A program made the translations under genes and the position numbers. Source: Victivallales bacterium (GTDB taxonomy: Bacteria > Verrucomicrobiota > Lentisphaeria > Victivallales > UBA1829). From it: a stretch of 64,000 bases of DNA. The stretch is from NCBI GenBank assembly GCA_045114235.1, contig JBGUKB010000068.1:15606-79605 (forward strand), given 5' to 3'. The notes under the pieces are model-generated. The model was not told where the DNA came from and searched no databases. It was given only the letters and a program-made list of their open reading frames with translations. This document shows, in pieces, positions 20,809-30,223 of this stretch. Within the stretch, counting starts at the first letter, position 1, and every line of letters starts with the position of its first letter.

Positions 20809-22279
20809 GGACGGCGTCCTGTCGGAACTGGTCGAGGGCTTCCTCGCCGTGGATGGAGCGCATGAGCTTCACGTTCTCCTCGTAGAAGACCTGCGGATCG
20901 GGCTGCGGCACGACCTCGCTGTTCGCCTCGTCCATGAGCGTCTTGCGTTTGGCGGGGTCGGTAAGGTAGTGGTCGAGGTAGCGCACAAGCGTACGCGGCG
21001 AAAGCTCCTCGAACTGCTTCTGCCCAAACTCGCTCACGTAGTCGGACGCGATCACGGCAACAAGGTTCTTCGAGGGGTCGCGCAACCCCTTTGCTGTGAG
21101 GAAGTCCAGGATCATCTCCTGGCAGCGGATCTCGTCGAACATCGGGAACTCGCAACCACGTCCGCGGCTGGAGATGTTCGCGGGAAACCGCTGGTTCGAG
21201 GCGATCGTGAGCGTGATGTTTTCCGGCAGGGAGAACGTGCCGCCGATGTTCGTGCGGAAATAATACCAGTCGGTCCTGGCAGCGTCGATGTCGTCGAAGA
21301 ACAGCATGAACTTGTGTTCGGGCCAGGCGGCGAGCTCGGCGATCAGCGGTTCCAATCCGGCGGTCAGGTCCTCCGGCTGAGGGATGATCAGCGTGATGTT
21401 CGGGAAGGAAAGGCTGTAGGCAATGCTCATCTGCGTCTTGCCGAGGCCCGGCAGGCTCGAAATGAGGAGCGGAAGGTTGTTCCGCCCCTCGGAAAACGCC
21501 CGGAAATGCTCCTGGAACATCCGGCGCACAGACTGGTAGCCGTAGAATTCGTCCGCGGACCGAATCGAGGGGAGTTCGAGCGGCACGAACGCGCCATCCT
21601 GATGCCGGAAGATGCGGCCGTGCGCGAAGGGGTCGTCCGAGGACATCCGCGCGACTTCCAGCGCGACCGCGCCGGGCTTCATCCGCAGGAACGCGCTCTG
21701 CGCCGATTCGAGCTTGAGCACGGAGGGACGCAGTCGGGAGACCGCGCCTTCGGGCGCTTCGCCGGAACGTTCCGCGAGCATGGCGCAGTACGCGGGAATC
21801 AGGTCCTTCAGGAGTTCCGCCAGGCGCACGGCATGACGGTAGAAGAAAGCGGCGTCGGAATCGGATTCCAGCGCATTGGGACGCGCCTCGTGCGGCGACA
21901 GGACCGCGAGGCGCTCGAACAGCATCTTGTCCAGCAGGCGGCTGAACGGAAATCCGGTGCAGGCGGAGGCAAGCAGGTTCAGCGCGTCGACGGAATCGGC
22001 CGTGCCGTCCGGAGGCGCTTCGAAGAGGTTGACGAATCCTGTCGCGCCATGGTGCGCCGGATCATCGGGCGGCAGCCTGTGAAGCGGCTTCGTGATCTTG
22101 GTCCTGACGGCCTTCGAGGACGAATGCCCGTGCTCGCAGTCAAGTTCGATGGCGGCGAGCGCGGCGCCGAGGCGGCCCGCAAAGGTATCGGGCGCAGGGG
22201 ATTCCCCCGTGAAAAACACATGGAACGACGCTTCCGCGGCGCGGCACGCCGTCAGAAGTCCGGTCGATTCGGTATTCAT
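20798..22279 (-). CDS. DUF815-like AAA+ ATPase with N-terminal extension
   Basis: EFYGYQ...FSEGRNNLPLLISSLPGLGKT (variant Walker A), FMLFFDDI (Walker B) and PENITLTIASNQR match the DUF815 pattern. Confidence 0.65.
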   Translation of the reverse strand: MNTESTGLLTACRAAEASFHVFFTGESPAPDTFAGRLGAALAAIELDCEHGHSSSKAVRTKITKPLHRLPPDDPAHHGATGFVNLFEAPPDGTADSVDALNLLASACTGFPFSRLLDKMLFERLAVLSPHEARPNALESDSDAAFFYRHAVRLAELLKDLIPAYCAMLAERSGEAPEGAVSRLRPSVLKLESAQSAFLRMKPGAVALEVARMSSDDPFAHGRIFRHQDGAFVPLELPSIRSADEFYGYQSVRRMFQEHFRAFSEGRNNLPLLISSLPGLGKTQMSIAYSLSFPNITLIIPQPEDLTAGLEPLIAELAAWPEHKFMLFFDDIDAARTDWYYFRTNIGGTFSLPENITLTIASNQRFPANISSRGRGCEFPMFDEIRCQEMILDFLTAKGLRDPSKNLVAVIASDYVSEFGQKQFEELSPRTLVRYLDHYLTDPAKRKTLMDEANSEVVPQPDPQVFYEENVKLMRSIHGEEALDQFRQDAVHAK

Positions 22280-22354
22280 GTCCGCACGCCTCCTTCCTGT
22301 TCAAAACGGAACGCGTGGGCGGCCGGCGGTTCGGCCGCCTCGCATCCAAGCCCC

Positions 22355-23845
22355 TTACGACAGCGGGGCGATGAAATCTTTCTGAGCTCGCGCCAGCTCG
22401 AACGCGCGACCGGCGCGGAAGATGCGTTTCTCCTCCATGGCGGGGGCGATAAGCTGGATCCCGACGGGCAGTCCGGTGCCGGCGTCGATCGCGGCGGGCA
22501 CGCTCAGGCCACAGTCGCCGCTCAGGTTCAGCGCCGTGGTGAAAACGTCGGAGAGGTACATCTGCAGCGGGTCGGTCTTCGCGCCGAAATGGAACGCGGG
22601 CGCGGGCGTGACCGGGGTCAGCAGGAAATCGCAGAGCTTGTAGGCTTCCTGGAAGTCGCGGCGAAGCAGCGTGCGGACCTTCTGCGCGCGCAGATAGTAG
22701 GCGTCGTAGTAGCCGCTGCTGAGCACGTAGGTGCCGAGCATGATGCGGCGGAGCACTTCGTTGCCGAACCCTTCGCCGCGCGACTTCTCGTAGGTCGAAT
22801 TGATGTCGGTCGCGTTCGGGCTGCGGTAGCCGTAGCGGATGCCGTCGAACCGCGCCAGGTTCGCGCTCGCCTCGGCCGTGGCGATGATGTAGTAGCACGC
22901 CATGGCGTATTTCGTGTGGGGGAGCGAAACGTCGACGAACGTGGCGCCGAGGGAACGGAACACCTCGATGGAGTCGTTCATGATCTGCTTGACGGCGGGG
23001 TCCATGCCCTCGAGCTCGTAGTATTCCTTCGGGAGGCCGATCTTCACGCCGTCGAGGCGCGGGTTCTGTTCGAACGCCTCCAGGTCGGCGGCGAAGCCCT
23101 CCGGCTGCTGCGGCAGGCTCGTGGAGTCCTTTTCGTCGTGCCCGGCGATCAGGTCGAGGATCGCGGCGGCGTCCCACACGGTGCGGGACAGGGGACCGAT
23201 CTGGTCCAGCGAGGAAGCGAACGCCACGAGGCCGTTCCGGGAGACGCGTCCGTAGGTCGGTTTGAGGCCGACCACGCCGCAGAAGGCCGCGGGCTGGCGG
23301 ATGGATCCGCCCGTGTCGGAACCGAGTGCGGCGACCGTCTCCAGCGCGGCGACGGACGCAGCGGACCCGCCCGAGGAGCCGCCCGGCACGCAGTCGAGGT
23401 TCCACGGGTTCGCGGTGCGCTGGTACGCGCTGTTCTCGCAGGAGGATCCCATGGCGAACTCGTCCATGTTGGCGCGTCCGAGCAGGACGCATCCGGCGGC
23501 CTTCAGCTTGCCGGTCACGAAGGAATCGTACGGGGAGATGAAGCCCTTCAGGATCTTCGAGGCGCAGGAGCACTGTTCGTCCTTCGCGCAGATGTTGTCC
23601 TTGAGCGTAATCGGGATGCCGTCGAACTCGCCGAGCGGAGCGCCCGCGGCGCGGCGGGCGTCGGAAGCGGCGGCCTGCGCCAGGACGGATTCCGGGTTCA
23701 CGGCGAGGAGCGCGCGCACCTTCGGCTCGACCGCCTGAATGCGTTCAAGGAAGGCCGTGCAGAGCGCGGTCGAGGTGGCGCGGCCGTCGCGGAGGGCGGC
23801 GGCGGCATCGCGGAGGGACAGGGAAATGAGCTCGGCGTTCGTCAT
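22355..23845 (-). CDS. gatA: Asp-tRNA(Asn)/Glu-tRNA(Gln) amidotransferase subunit A
   Basis: Amidase signature NMDEFAMGSS, PGGSSGGS, LGSDTGGSIRQPA, EASANLARFDG and RRIMLGTYVLSSGYYDAYY; start at MTNAEL. Confidence 0.96.
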   Translation of the reverse strand: MTNAELISLSLRDAAAALRDGRATSTALCTAFLERIQAVEPKVRALLAVNPESVLAQAAASDARRAAGAPLGEFDGIPITLKDNICAKDEQCSCASKILKGFISPYDSFVTGKLKAAGCVLLGRANMDEFAMGSSCENSAYQRTANPWNLDCVPGGSSGGSAASVAALETVAALGSDTGGSIRQPAAFCGVVGLKPTYGRVSRNGLVAFASSLDQIGPLSRTVWDAAAILDLIAGHDEKDSTSLPQQPEGFAADLEAFEQNPRLDGVKIGLPKEYYELEGMDPAVKQIMNDSIEVFRSLGATFVDVSLPHTKYAMACYYIIATAEASANLARFDGIRYGYRSPNATDINSTYEKSRGEGFGNEVLRRIMLGTYVLSSGYYDAYYLRAQKVRTLLRRDFQEAYKLCDFLLTPVTPAPAFHFGAKTDPLQMYLSDVFTTALNLSGDCGLSVPAAIDAGTGLPVGIQLIAPAMEEKRIFRAGRAFELARAQKDFIAPLS

Positions 23846-24153
23846 GCGATGCCCTCCCCGGGAAGGACCTGCGGGACCTTCACGAGTTCGCCTTCGATCA
23901 GGTCGGGCGCATTGGCGAGCATGGCCTCGCGCGGGAAGGGATCGGAGGGCACGTCGTCGCGGAGCACGTTGGTGCGCGCGACGGCGTGGGCGGTGGGTTC
24001 GATGCCGGAGACGTCGAGTTCGGCGAGCATTTCGACATAGCCGACGATCTGCTCCATTTCGGCTTGCAGACGCGGGATCATGTCCTGAGGCAGGCTCAGG
24101 CGCGCCAGCGAGGCGACCTGGGCCACGTCGATTTTGGTTCCCTGTTCGGCCAT
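23842..24153 (-). CDS. gatC: amidotransferase subunit C
   Basis: VASLARL, LDVSGIEPT and NVLRDD; immediately upstream of gatA. Confidence 0.93.
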   Translation of the reverse strand: MAEQGTKIDVAQVASLARLSLPQDMIPRLQAEMEQIVGYVEMLAELDVSGIEPTAHAVARTNVLRDDVPSDPFPREAMLANAPDLIEGELVKVPQVLPGEGIA

Positions 24154-24182
24154 GGTGAATGCCTTTCCTGTCCCCGATTTTC

Positions 24183-25838
24183 TTACTGGTGTTCGAGCTT
24201 GATCGTTTCGGTCTTGGCGTCACAGACGACGGACGGGCCGAAGTACTGGATCGGGCCGGGATAGACGAACGAGGTGTTCACAGCCCATTCGCCGCGGTTG
24301 GCGGCGAAGAACTTGAACGGAGCGTCGTCGAGCTCGACGAGCGCTTTCTTGATGACCGGCTTGTCCGCGCCGTGGCGGTGCTCGACGTTCATCATGGCGG
24401 TCAGCGGCACCGCGCCGGCGGTCCACTCGTCGGCGGATTTCGCGAGGTTGCCGACATAGGACATGTAGGCGGTCGCGCCGGAGCCGATGATGGCGGCGGC
24501 GTTGAAGCCGAGGCTGTAGCAGTAGTCGGCGTCGAAGTTGGACGGGGCGGCGCAGCGGCCTTCGTAGCCGAAGAAGTGGGTCTGGCTGGAGAACTTGCCG
24601 ACGTACTTGCCTTCCTTCTTCATGGCGGCGAGGCGCTGCTTCACGAGCTGCGCGAGGAGCTTTTCAGTCTCGATGAGGGACACCTGCACGTTGCCGTGCG
24701 GATCGCGGTCCATGGAGAGCTGAAGCTGGATGGCGGTCGGGAGCTGGGCGTAGACGGACGCGCTGGCGGCGGAGAGCTTGCCGGAGATGTACGCGATCTT
24801 GTCTTCGGGCTTCGCGATGGCGTTGAATTCGTCGGCGTTCGCGGCGAGGACGTCGTTGAGTTCGCCGATCAGGACCTTCATTTCCGGGATGAATTCGATG
24901 AGGCCTTCCGGCACGAGCACAACGCCGAAGTTCTCCTTGTTTTCCGCGCGCTTCGCGACGATCTTCGCGAGGTCGTCGACGATGCCGGAGAGGGTCTGCT
25001 TCTTCGCGGCGACTTCCTCGGAGATGATCGCAGCGTTCACGTGGGTCTTCAGGACGCATTCGAGCGTGATGTGGGAAGCGGAACGGCCCATGAGCTTGAT
25101 GAAGTGCCAGTATTTCTTGGCGGAGTTGGCGTCGCGGGAGATATTGCCGATGAGCTCGCTGTAGACCTTGCTGGCGGTGTCGAAGCCGAAGGACGTCTCG
25201 ATGAACTTGTTCTTCAGGTCGCCGTCGATGGTCTTCGGGCAGCCGATGACCTGGATCGGGATGTTTTTCGCCTTATAGTACTCGGCGAGCAGGCAGGCGT
25301 TCGTGTTGGAGTCGTCGCCGCCGATGATGACGAGGGCGGAAATGCCGAGCGCCTTGCAGTTCACCGCGCCCTTGTCGAACTGTTCGACCTGTTCGAGCTT
25401 GGTGCGGCCGGAACCGATCATGTCGAACCCGCCGGTGTTGCGGTAGGCGTTCATGAACTCGTCGGTGATCTCGACGTAGTCGTTGTCCACGAACCCGCTC
25501 GGGCCGCCCTTGAAGCCGAACATGCGTGAAGCTTTGTTCAGCGACTTGATGCCGTCGTAGATACCGGCGATGACGTTGTGGCCGCCGGGGGCCTGGCCGC
25601 CGGAGAGGATGACCGCCACATTCACGGGTTTGCCTTCGCCCGCGCCGCCCGCGCTGAACTTCAGATCGGGCATGTTGCTGGTGGACGGGAAGAGGGCGGC
25701 GATCTTTTCAGCGTCGGCGAAGGCGGCGAGAGGGGCGCCTTTTTCGACCTTCACGGTCGCGCCGTTGCGGAGCGCCGGGGGCAGTTTCGGGGCGTATTCG
25801 CTGCGGACCTGCTGGAGCGGGGAAATCATCTTGGACAT
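24183..25838 (-). CDS. pfp: pyrophosphate-dependent phosphofructokinase (long clade)
   Basis: [36 protein letters not shown] (PPi-type Asp), PKTIDGDL and KLMGRSASH. Confidence 0.95.
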   Translation of the reverse strand: MSKMISPLQQVRSEYAPKLPPALRNGATVKVEKGAPLAAFADAEKIAALFPSTSNMPDLKFSAGGAGEGKPVNVAVILSGGQAPGGHNVIAGIYDGIKSLNKASRMFGFKGGPSGFVDNDYVEITDEFMNAYRNTGGFDMIGSGRTKLEQVEQFDKGAVNCKALGISALVIIGGDDSNTNACLLAEYYKAKNIPIQVIGCPKTIDGDLKNKFIETSFGFDTASKVYSELIGNISRDANSAKKYWHFIKLMGRSASHITLECVLKTHVNAAIISEEVAAKKQTLSGIVDDLAKIVAKRAENKENFGVVLVPEGLIEFIPEMKVLIGELNDVLAANADEFNAIAKPEDKIAYISGKLSAASASVYAQLPTAIQLQLSMDRDPHGNVQVSLIETEKLLAQLVKQRLAAMKKEGKYVGKFSSQTHFFGYEGRCAAPSNFDADYCYSLGFNAAAIIGSGATAYMSYVGNLAKSADEWTAGAVPLTAMMNVEHRHGADKPVIKKALVELDDAPFKFFAANRGEWAVNTSFVYPGPIQYFGPSVVCDAKTETIKLEHQ

Positions 25839-25897
25839 GGTGTCAGTCTCCTGTTGTGAATGACGGTTACGGTTTGGAATTTTGGTTTAATCTAAAT

Positions 25898-25926
25898 AAT
25901 ATAATGCAACTTGACGCCTTTTTCAA
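25898..25926 (-). promoter_or_regulatory. sigma70-type promoter of pfp-gatC-gatA
   Basis: TTGAAA-17 bp-TATATT on the minus strand. Confidence 0.65.
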
Positions 25927-26176
25927 GCCCGCGCCTCCGTCTTCCGTTGCAGAAAACCGGAAAAAAGGAACACGATCAAGTGTAGAATGCCGTCCCTACC
26001 TGTTCTCCCGCGCATACGCGGGTATGTTCAAAAGCTCCGAATTAACTCCAAGCGACAGCTTGGCGACTAAAGCAATCATTTGATATTCAAGAGATTTTGA
26101 CAGTTTCGAACACATTGCTGCCTCGACAAAACAGGAGACATGACACTACTGAAAAACCGGTTCCCGCGCATACGCG

Positions 26177-26216
26177 CAAGTTTCAGTTAAAACAAGTTCC
26201 TTTTAACTGAAACTTG
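26177..26216. repeat. perfect 16-8-16 palindrome, copy 1 (inverted relative to copies 2 and 3)
   Basis: CAAGTTTCAGTTAAAA caagttcc TTTTAACTGAAACTTG. Confidence 0.95.
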
Positions 26217-26250
26217 GGTTGATTTGGCCGAATTCATTTGCTTTTGTCCC

Positions 26251-26311
26251 GTTTCCAACGATTTTCCCCGTTTCCAACGATTTTCCCCGTTTCCGACGAT
26301 TTTCCCCGTTT
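26251..26311. repeat. 19-bp tandem direct repeat x3 plus a partial copy
   Basis: GTTTCC(A/G)ACGATTTTCCCC units start at 26251, 26270 and 26289; partial GTTT at 26308. Confidence 0.95.
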
Positions 26312-26399
26312 CGCCTGTTTTCCAGCTTGCAATCTTTTCTTTTGCGTGATATAGTTATGATGAAATACCACCTCTCCTTAATTGGGAATAGCCTTGTTC

Positions 26400-28013
26400 A
26401 TGAAGAGAAGCCGCAAAGTCCTGCTGATCGCGCTGGGAATCCCGGTGATATGCGTCCTGCTGATCGCCGGGCTCGTCGCGCTTTCGGTGCTGACCCGTTC
26501 CGCTCCGGTGTACGACTACGACGACCCGGAACCCCTGTGGGAGCTTGCTGAACGCACGGAACGCTACATCATCCAGTCGACGGACAAGGAGTCGCCCGCC
26601 CGGAAGGAGGCGCTGAAGGCGCTGGAGGATATCGCGCTGCTCGAAATCCCCGAGGACGAGAAAGCGCGCCGCATCCGCGAACGTTTCCCGGAGGAATCGT
26701 TCTGGACCGAGGATATAAAGGCTCTGCAGAAGCAGGCGGAATCGGGCGACGCTGAGGCGCAGTTCCGGCTCGGCTGTTTTTATTCGTCGAGAAGAGATAT
26801 CCGTGCCTCCGACGCCGACATGGATCGCGGCGAATGCGTCATGAAGTCCGAGTCCATGGCATACAAGTGGTTCCGCAAGGCCGCTCTGCAGGGGCACGCG
26901 AAGGCGCAGAGCCGGATTCTCAGAAACATGCTCGGGCATCCGGCATTCAAAAATGTCGCGGATGCTTCAGTCCACATCCTGAAGCCCAGACTCTTAGAAC
27001 AGCTCGAACGCGAAGGCGAAGAATGGTGCACCAGTGCGGCCATGCAGGGCGATCCCGATGCGCTGTGGATGGGGCACGGCCCGGATGCGGACGAAGAACG
27101 GAACAAAAGAGCGGCGCTCGCGATCTTCCGCGAAGCTGCCGAACATGGCGACGTCGAGGCGATTCTCTCGACGGCATCCCTGCTGGAGTATTTCGACGAC
27201 ATCGACGGCGCAGCCGAATGGTACCGCAAGGCCGCCGAACTCGGTAACGTGTCCGGCATGGTGTCATACGCGGAATACCGTGAAAAAATGATGGAGCCGG
27301 ACGATGAGGATACCGTCCCCAAGGACTGGGAATGGCGGCAGAAGGCATACGATGCCGCCATGAAGCAGCTGGACGAGGGCAGCGCCAGGGGGATCCGGAA
27401 AGTCAGGGAACTCTCTGTGCCTGTTTTTCTGGAAAGACTGACCGGAGGGGAAAGCGAAGAGGCGTTCGCCGCACGGGTCATGCCGCGGCTGTGGGAACTG
27501 ATCGAACGGCATGGCGACTATGAAGACGCACCCCAGGTCATCCGGCACCTGATGGGAATCGCCGGACTGGACTACGACACGCTCGACCGTCTGTTCGCGG
27601 AGCTTGGCATGTATCTGTATCAGGAGAGATACGCGGATCATCTGCTGGACAGCGGTACGCCGGCGGAACAGGCCGAGGGCGTCAGGCTGCTCCGCAAGCT
27701 CGCCGGATTCGGCTATCTCGAAGCGCGACGCCGACTTGCAAAATGTTATCTGGACGGGACCGGCGTACCGAAGGACAAGGCGGAAGGCGTCAGACTGCTG
27801 CGGACAGCTGCGGGAAAAGGCGATGTTGTCGCAATGCGCCTGCTGAGCAACTGTCTCCGCACCGGCGACCCGCCGAAAAATTGGTTCGAGGCGTTTCGAT
27901 GGGAGCTCCGGGCGGATGCCTATTCGACGCATTGTGATTCCGCCCCCGAATACGTGATCTACCAGGTGAAGAACGCGGCCGAAAACGCCTGGGACGATCT
28001 CCGGCGGCGATGA
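26400..28013 (+). CDS. Sel1-like repeat protein with N-terminal membrane anchor (paralog 1)
   Basis: MKRSRK followed by a TM helix; SLR motifs AESGDAEAQFRLG, AYKWFRKAALQGHAKAQ, AAEWYRKAAELGNVSGM and GTGVPKDKAEGVRLLRTAAGKGD. Confidence 0.85.
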   Translation: MKRSRKVLLIALGIPVICVLLIAGLVALSVLTRSAPVYDYDDPEPLWELAERTERYIIQSTDKESPARKEALKALEDIALLEIPEDEKARRIRERFPEESFWTEDIKALQKQAESGDAEAQFRLGCFYSSRRDIRASDADMDRGECVMKSESMAYKWFRKAALQGHAKAQSRILRNMLGHPAFKNVADASVHILKPRLLEQLEREGEEWCTSAAMQGDPDALWMGHGPDADEERNKRAALAIFREAAEHGDVEAILSTASLLEYFDDIDGAAEWYRKAAELGNVSGMVSYAEYREKMMEPDDEDTVPKDWEWRQKAYDAAMKQLDEGSARGIRKVRELSVPVFLERLTGGESEEAFAARVMPRLWELIERHGDYEDAPQVIRHLMGIAGLDYDTLDRLFAELGMYLYQERYADHLLDSGTPAEQAEGVRLLRKLAGFGYLEARRRLAKCYLDGTGVPKDKAEGVRLLRTAAGKGDVVAMRLLSNCLRTGDPPKNWFEAFRWELRADAYSTHCDSAPEYVIYQVKNAAENAWDDLRRR

Positions 28014-29833
28014 ACCGGCGGGAAGTGCAGACGATGAAGAGAAGAAACCTCAAAATCCTGCTGGTCGCGCTCGGCGCGCCGCTCTTCTGCCTCCTGATGC
28101 TCGCCACCTTCCTCGTGATCGACATGGAGACCGATGTCATGCCGCTCCCGTTCGACTACGACGACCCGGAACCCCTGATGTTCCTCGGGGGACGCACGCA
28201 GCTGTACATCTGGCGGGCGTATCCCGACAAGGATTCGGCCGAGCGGAAGGAGGCGCTGCAGGCGCTGGAGGCCATCGCGCTGCTCGACGTCTCCGACTAC
28301 AAAAAGAAACGCCTCCTCCGTGAACGCTTTCCGGAGGAATCGTTCTGGACCGACGACCTGAAAGACGTGCTGAAGCAGGCGGAATCGGGCGACGCCGAGG
28401 CGCAGTTCCAGCTCGGATGCCTGTATTTCGGCCACGAGCTCGGACTCCCGCCGGACGAACTGAAGTTCCTGGACATGGAGATCGACGAGGCGCGCGGAAG
28501 GTGCATCGAGAAATCCGGGTACATGTCGGTCAAATGGTTCCGCAGGGCCGCGCTGCAGGGGCACGCAAAGGCGCAGAACGCGTTGGCGCAGAGTTACCTG
28601 GCCGGGCTTCATCCTGTGGTCGGCCACCGCGCTTTCCTGACGGAAAAAACCAAAGAAATGATGTACGAAGAAATCAGGAAATGGTGCCGGATGGCGACGG
28701 CGAACGGCGATCCCTTTGTAATGCTGGAGAAATTCGACTCGAACGAGACCAACACCAGCGCGGATTTCAAGGAACGCAAGGAGAAGGCGCTCGACATCCT
28801 CCGCGAAGCGGCACGGCAGGGAAATGTGAAGGCGATGCTCGCCGCGGCGCACAAAATGAGATACGGCGACGAACGGCAGCGCGAGGAGGCCGAGGAGTGG
28901 TACCGTCAGGCCGCCGAGCTCGGGTCCGTGAAGGCCATGATGGATTACGCGAACGTGTGTGAATGGAGGGAATGGAGGCGCATCAAGGCCGAGATCGAGG
29001 CGAAACAGGAGGAGGCCGAAGAGAAAGGCGAGGAGTATGAGGAAGAGGAGATCGTGGTGGTCTCCGAGGAGGCGGACCGGTGGCGGAGGAAGGCATTCGA
29101 CGTCGCCATGAAACACCTGGACGAGGGCAGCGCGAAGGACCTGTATCTTTGGACGGACAACATGTCCTATTACATCGAACCGGAATCCTCACCGCTGAAA
29201 ACCTGTCTGGACGAATACCTCGGCGAGGAGAATACGGCTGCGTTCCTGAAGCGGACCGTGCAGCGGCTCTACGATCTGCTCGAACAGGACAACAGAGAAA
29301 TCTACTACATAGGCCGGATCATCTCGGATGTCCATAAGGAATTCGAGGACCTCGAAATCTTCCGGTCGGGCAGGTCGCCGCTGATCCGGTACGCGGAGGC
29401 CGGAGTCCCCTTCTACCAGTCCGTCCTGGCGCTCCGGACGATGAACGGGAAAGACGAGCCGGGCGTGCAGGAGTACAAGCCGGAAGCCATCAGGCGCGTT
29501 CGCATCGGCGCGGGATTCTGCTCGATGGCGGAAGAGCGCTACCTGGGGGAGTACTATCTGAACGGCAACGGCGTACCGCAGGACACCGCGGAGGGCATCA
29601 GGTGGCTGAAAAAGGCCGCGCTGCAGGGGGACGACGCGGCAATGCGGCTGCTGAGGGATCATTACCGCGGGTCGTGGAACCCGTATCAAGCGTTGAAGTG
29701 GACCATACGGCTCGAACTCCATTCATACGGCTACGCATCGCCCGTCGAGTACTGCACCGATGCGCTGAAGGAATTGTGGTCGGACCATCTGGAAAAGGCG
29801 TGGTTTCGGTTCGTGGACTGGCTCCCCATTTAG
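28010..29833 (+). CDS. Sel1-like repeat protein with N-terminal membrane anchor (paralog 2; start may be MKRRNLK at 28035)
   Basis: TM helix, the shared YDDPEPL and ERFPEESFWT blocks, and SLR motifs KWFRRAALQGHAKAQ, EWYRQAAELGSVKAM and GNGVPQDTAEGIRWLKKAALQGD. Confidence 0.85.
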   Translation: MNRREVQTMKRRNLKILLVALGAPLFCLLMLATFLVIDMETDVMPLPFDYDDPEPLMFLGGRTQLYIWRAYPDKDSAERKEALQALEAIALLDVSDYKKKRLLRERFPEESFWTDDLKDVLKQAESGDAEAQFQLGCLYFGHELGLPPDELKFLDMEIDEARGRCIEKSGYMSVKWFRRAALQGHAKAQNALAQSYLAGLHPVVGHRAFLTEKTKEMMYEEIRKWCRMATANGDPFVMLEKFDSNETNTSADFKERKEKALDILREAARQGNVKAMLAAAHKMRYGDERQREEAEEWYRQAAELGSVKAMMDYANVCEWREWRRIKAEIEAKQEEAEEKGEEYEEEEIVVVSEEADRWRRKAFDVAMKHLDEGSAKDLYLWTDNMSYYIEPESSPLKTCLDEYLGEENTAAFLKRTVQRLYDLLEQDNREIYYIGRIISDVHKEFEDLEIFRSGRSPLIRYAEAGVPFYQSVLALRTMNGKDEPGVQEYKPEAIRRVRIGAGFCSMAEERYLGEYYLNGNGVPQDTAEGIRWLKKAALQGDDAAMRLLRDHYRGSWNPYQALKWTIRLELHSYGYASPVEYCTDALKELWSDHLEKAWFRFVDWLPI

Positions 29834-29895
29834 AAAGCCTCAACCGTCGCACGTGTGTTTTTTTGGTGTTTGTTTGTTGAATTGGAAAGGAAATT

Positions 29896-29935
29896 CTAGT
29901 TTCAGTTAAAAGCAGTTTGTTTTAACTGAAACTAG
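29896..29935. repeat. perfect 16-8-16 palindrome, copy 2
   Basis: CTAGTTTCAGTTAAAA gcagtttg TTTTAACTGAAACTAG, followed by cgcgtgt. Confidence 0.95.
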
Positions 29936-29962
29936 CGCGTGTATTAGCGCGTATGCGCGGGA

Positions 29963-30012
29963 AGGGGAGGACAAGTCCTCCACTGCGGTAGTGTCCGGCT
30001 TCGCTCGGACAC
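29963..30012. repeat. REP-like double-hairpin element, copy 1
   Basis: AGGGGAGGACAAGTCCTCCACTGC (24 bp identical to 36232-36255), then GTGTCCG-gcttcgct-CGGACAC. Confidence 0.8.
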
Positions 30013-30065
30013 AAAATAGGGGCATTACCGAAATTCTACTTCAAATAAAGACGAGAAATAATAGT

Positions 30066-30105
30066 CTAGTTTCAGTTAAAAGGAGTTTGTTTTAACTGAA
30101 ACTAG
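30066..30105. repeat. perfect 16-8-16 palindrome, copy 3
   Basis: CTAGTTTCAGTTAAAA ggagtttg TTTTAACTGAAACTAG, followed by cgcgtgt; direct repeat of copy 2, 170 bp apart. Confidence 0.95.
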
Positions 30106-30165
30106 CGCGTGTGCGCAAGAAATCGTTTTTTACCGCGGTTTTCTGGCGAATCGCGCCGTGTTGTG

Positions 30166-30194
30166 TTGAAAAAAGCGGAAAAAGATGCTATAGT
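30166..30194 (+). promoter_or_regulatory. sigma70-type promoter of the NhaC-family gene
   Basis: TTGAAA-17 bp-TATAGT with an extended TG. Confidence 0.7.
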
Positions 30195-30223
30195 AATCCT
30201 GAAACAACAAAGGATTATCCGAT

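Noticed and set aside
26001-26030. Type I-E-like CRISPR repeat look-alike (TGTTCTCCCGCGCATACGCGGGTATGTTC)
   Set aside because: A single hairpin plus one partial copy 155 bp away; no regular repeat-spacer periodicity.
29899-30102. CRISPR array: the 34-bp core begins GTTTC and ends GAAAC like many CRISPR repeats
   Set aside because: Only two direct copies, 170 bp apart (spacer far too long); a third copy is inverted 3.7 kb away; full-length palindromy is atypical; no cas genes.
26177-30105. Integron attC sites around the Sel1 genes
   Set aside because: No RYYYAAC...GTTRRRY core in the right order, no extrahelical bases, and no integron integrase.
30106-30223. SAM or lysine riboswitch upstream of the NhaC/MetT-like transporter
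   Set aside because: The promoter lies only ~30 bp before the ATG, leaving no room, and no riboswitch consensus is seen.
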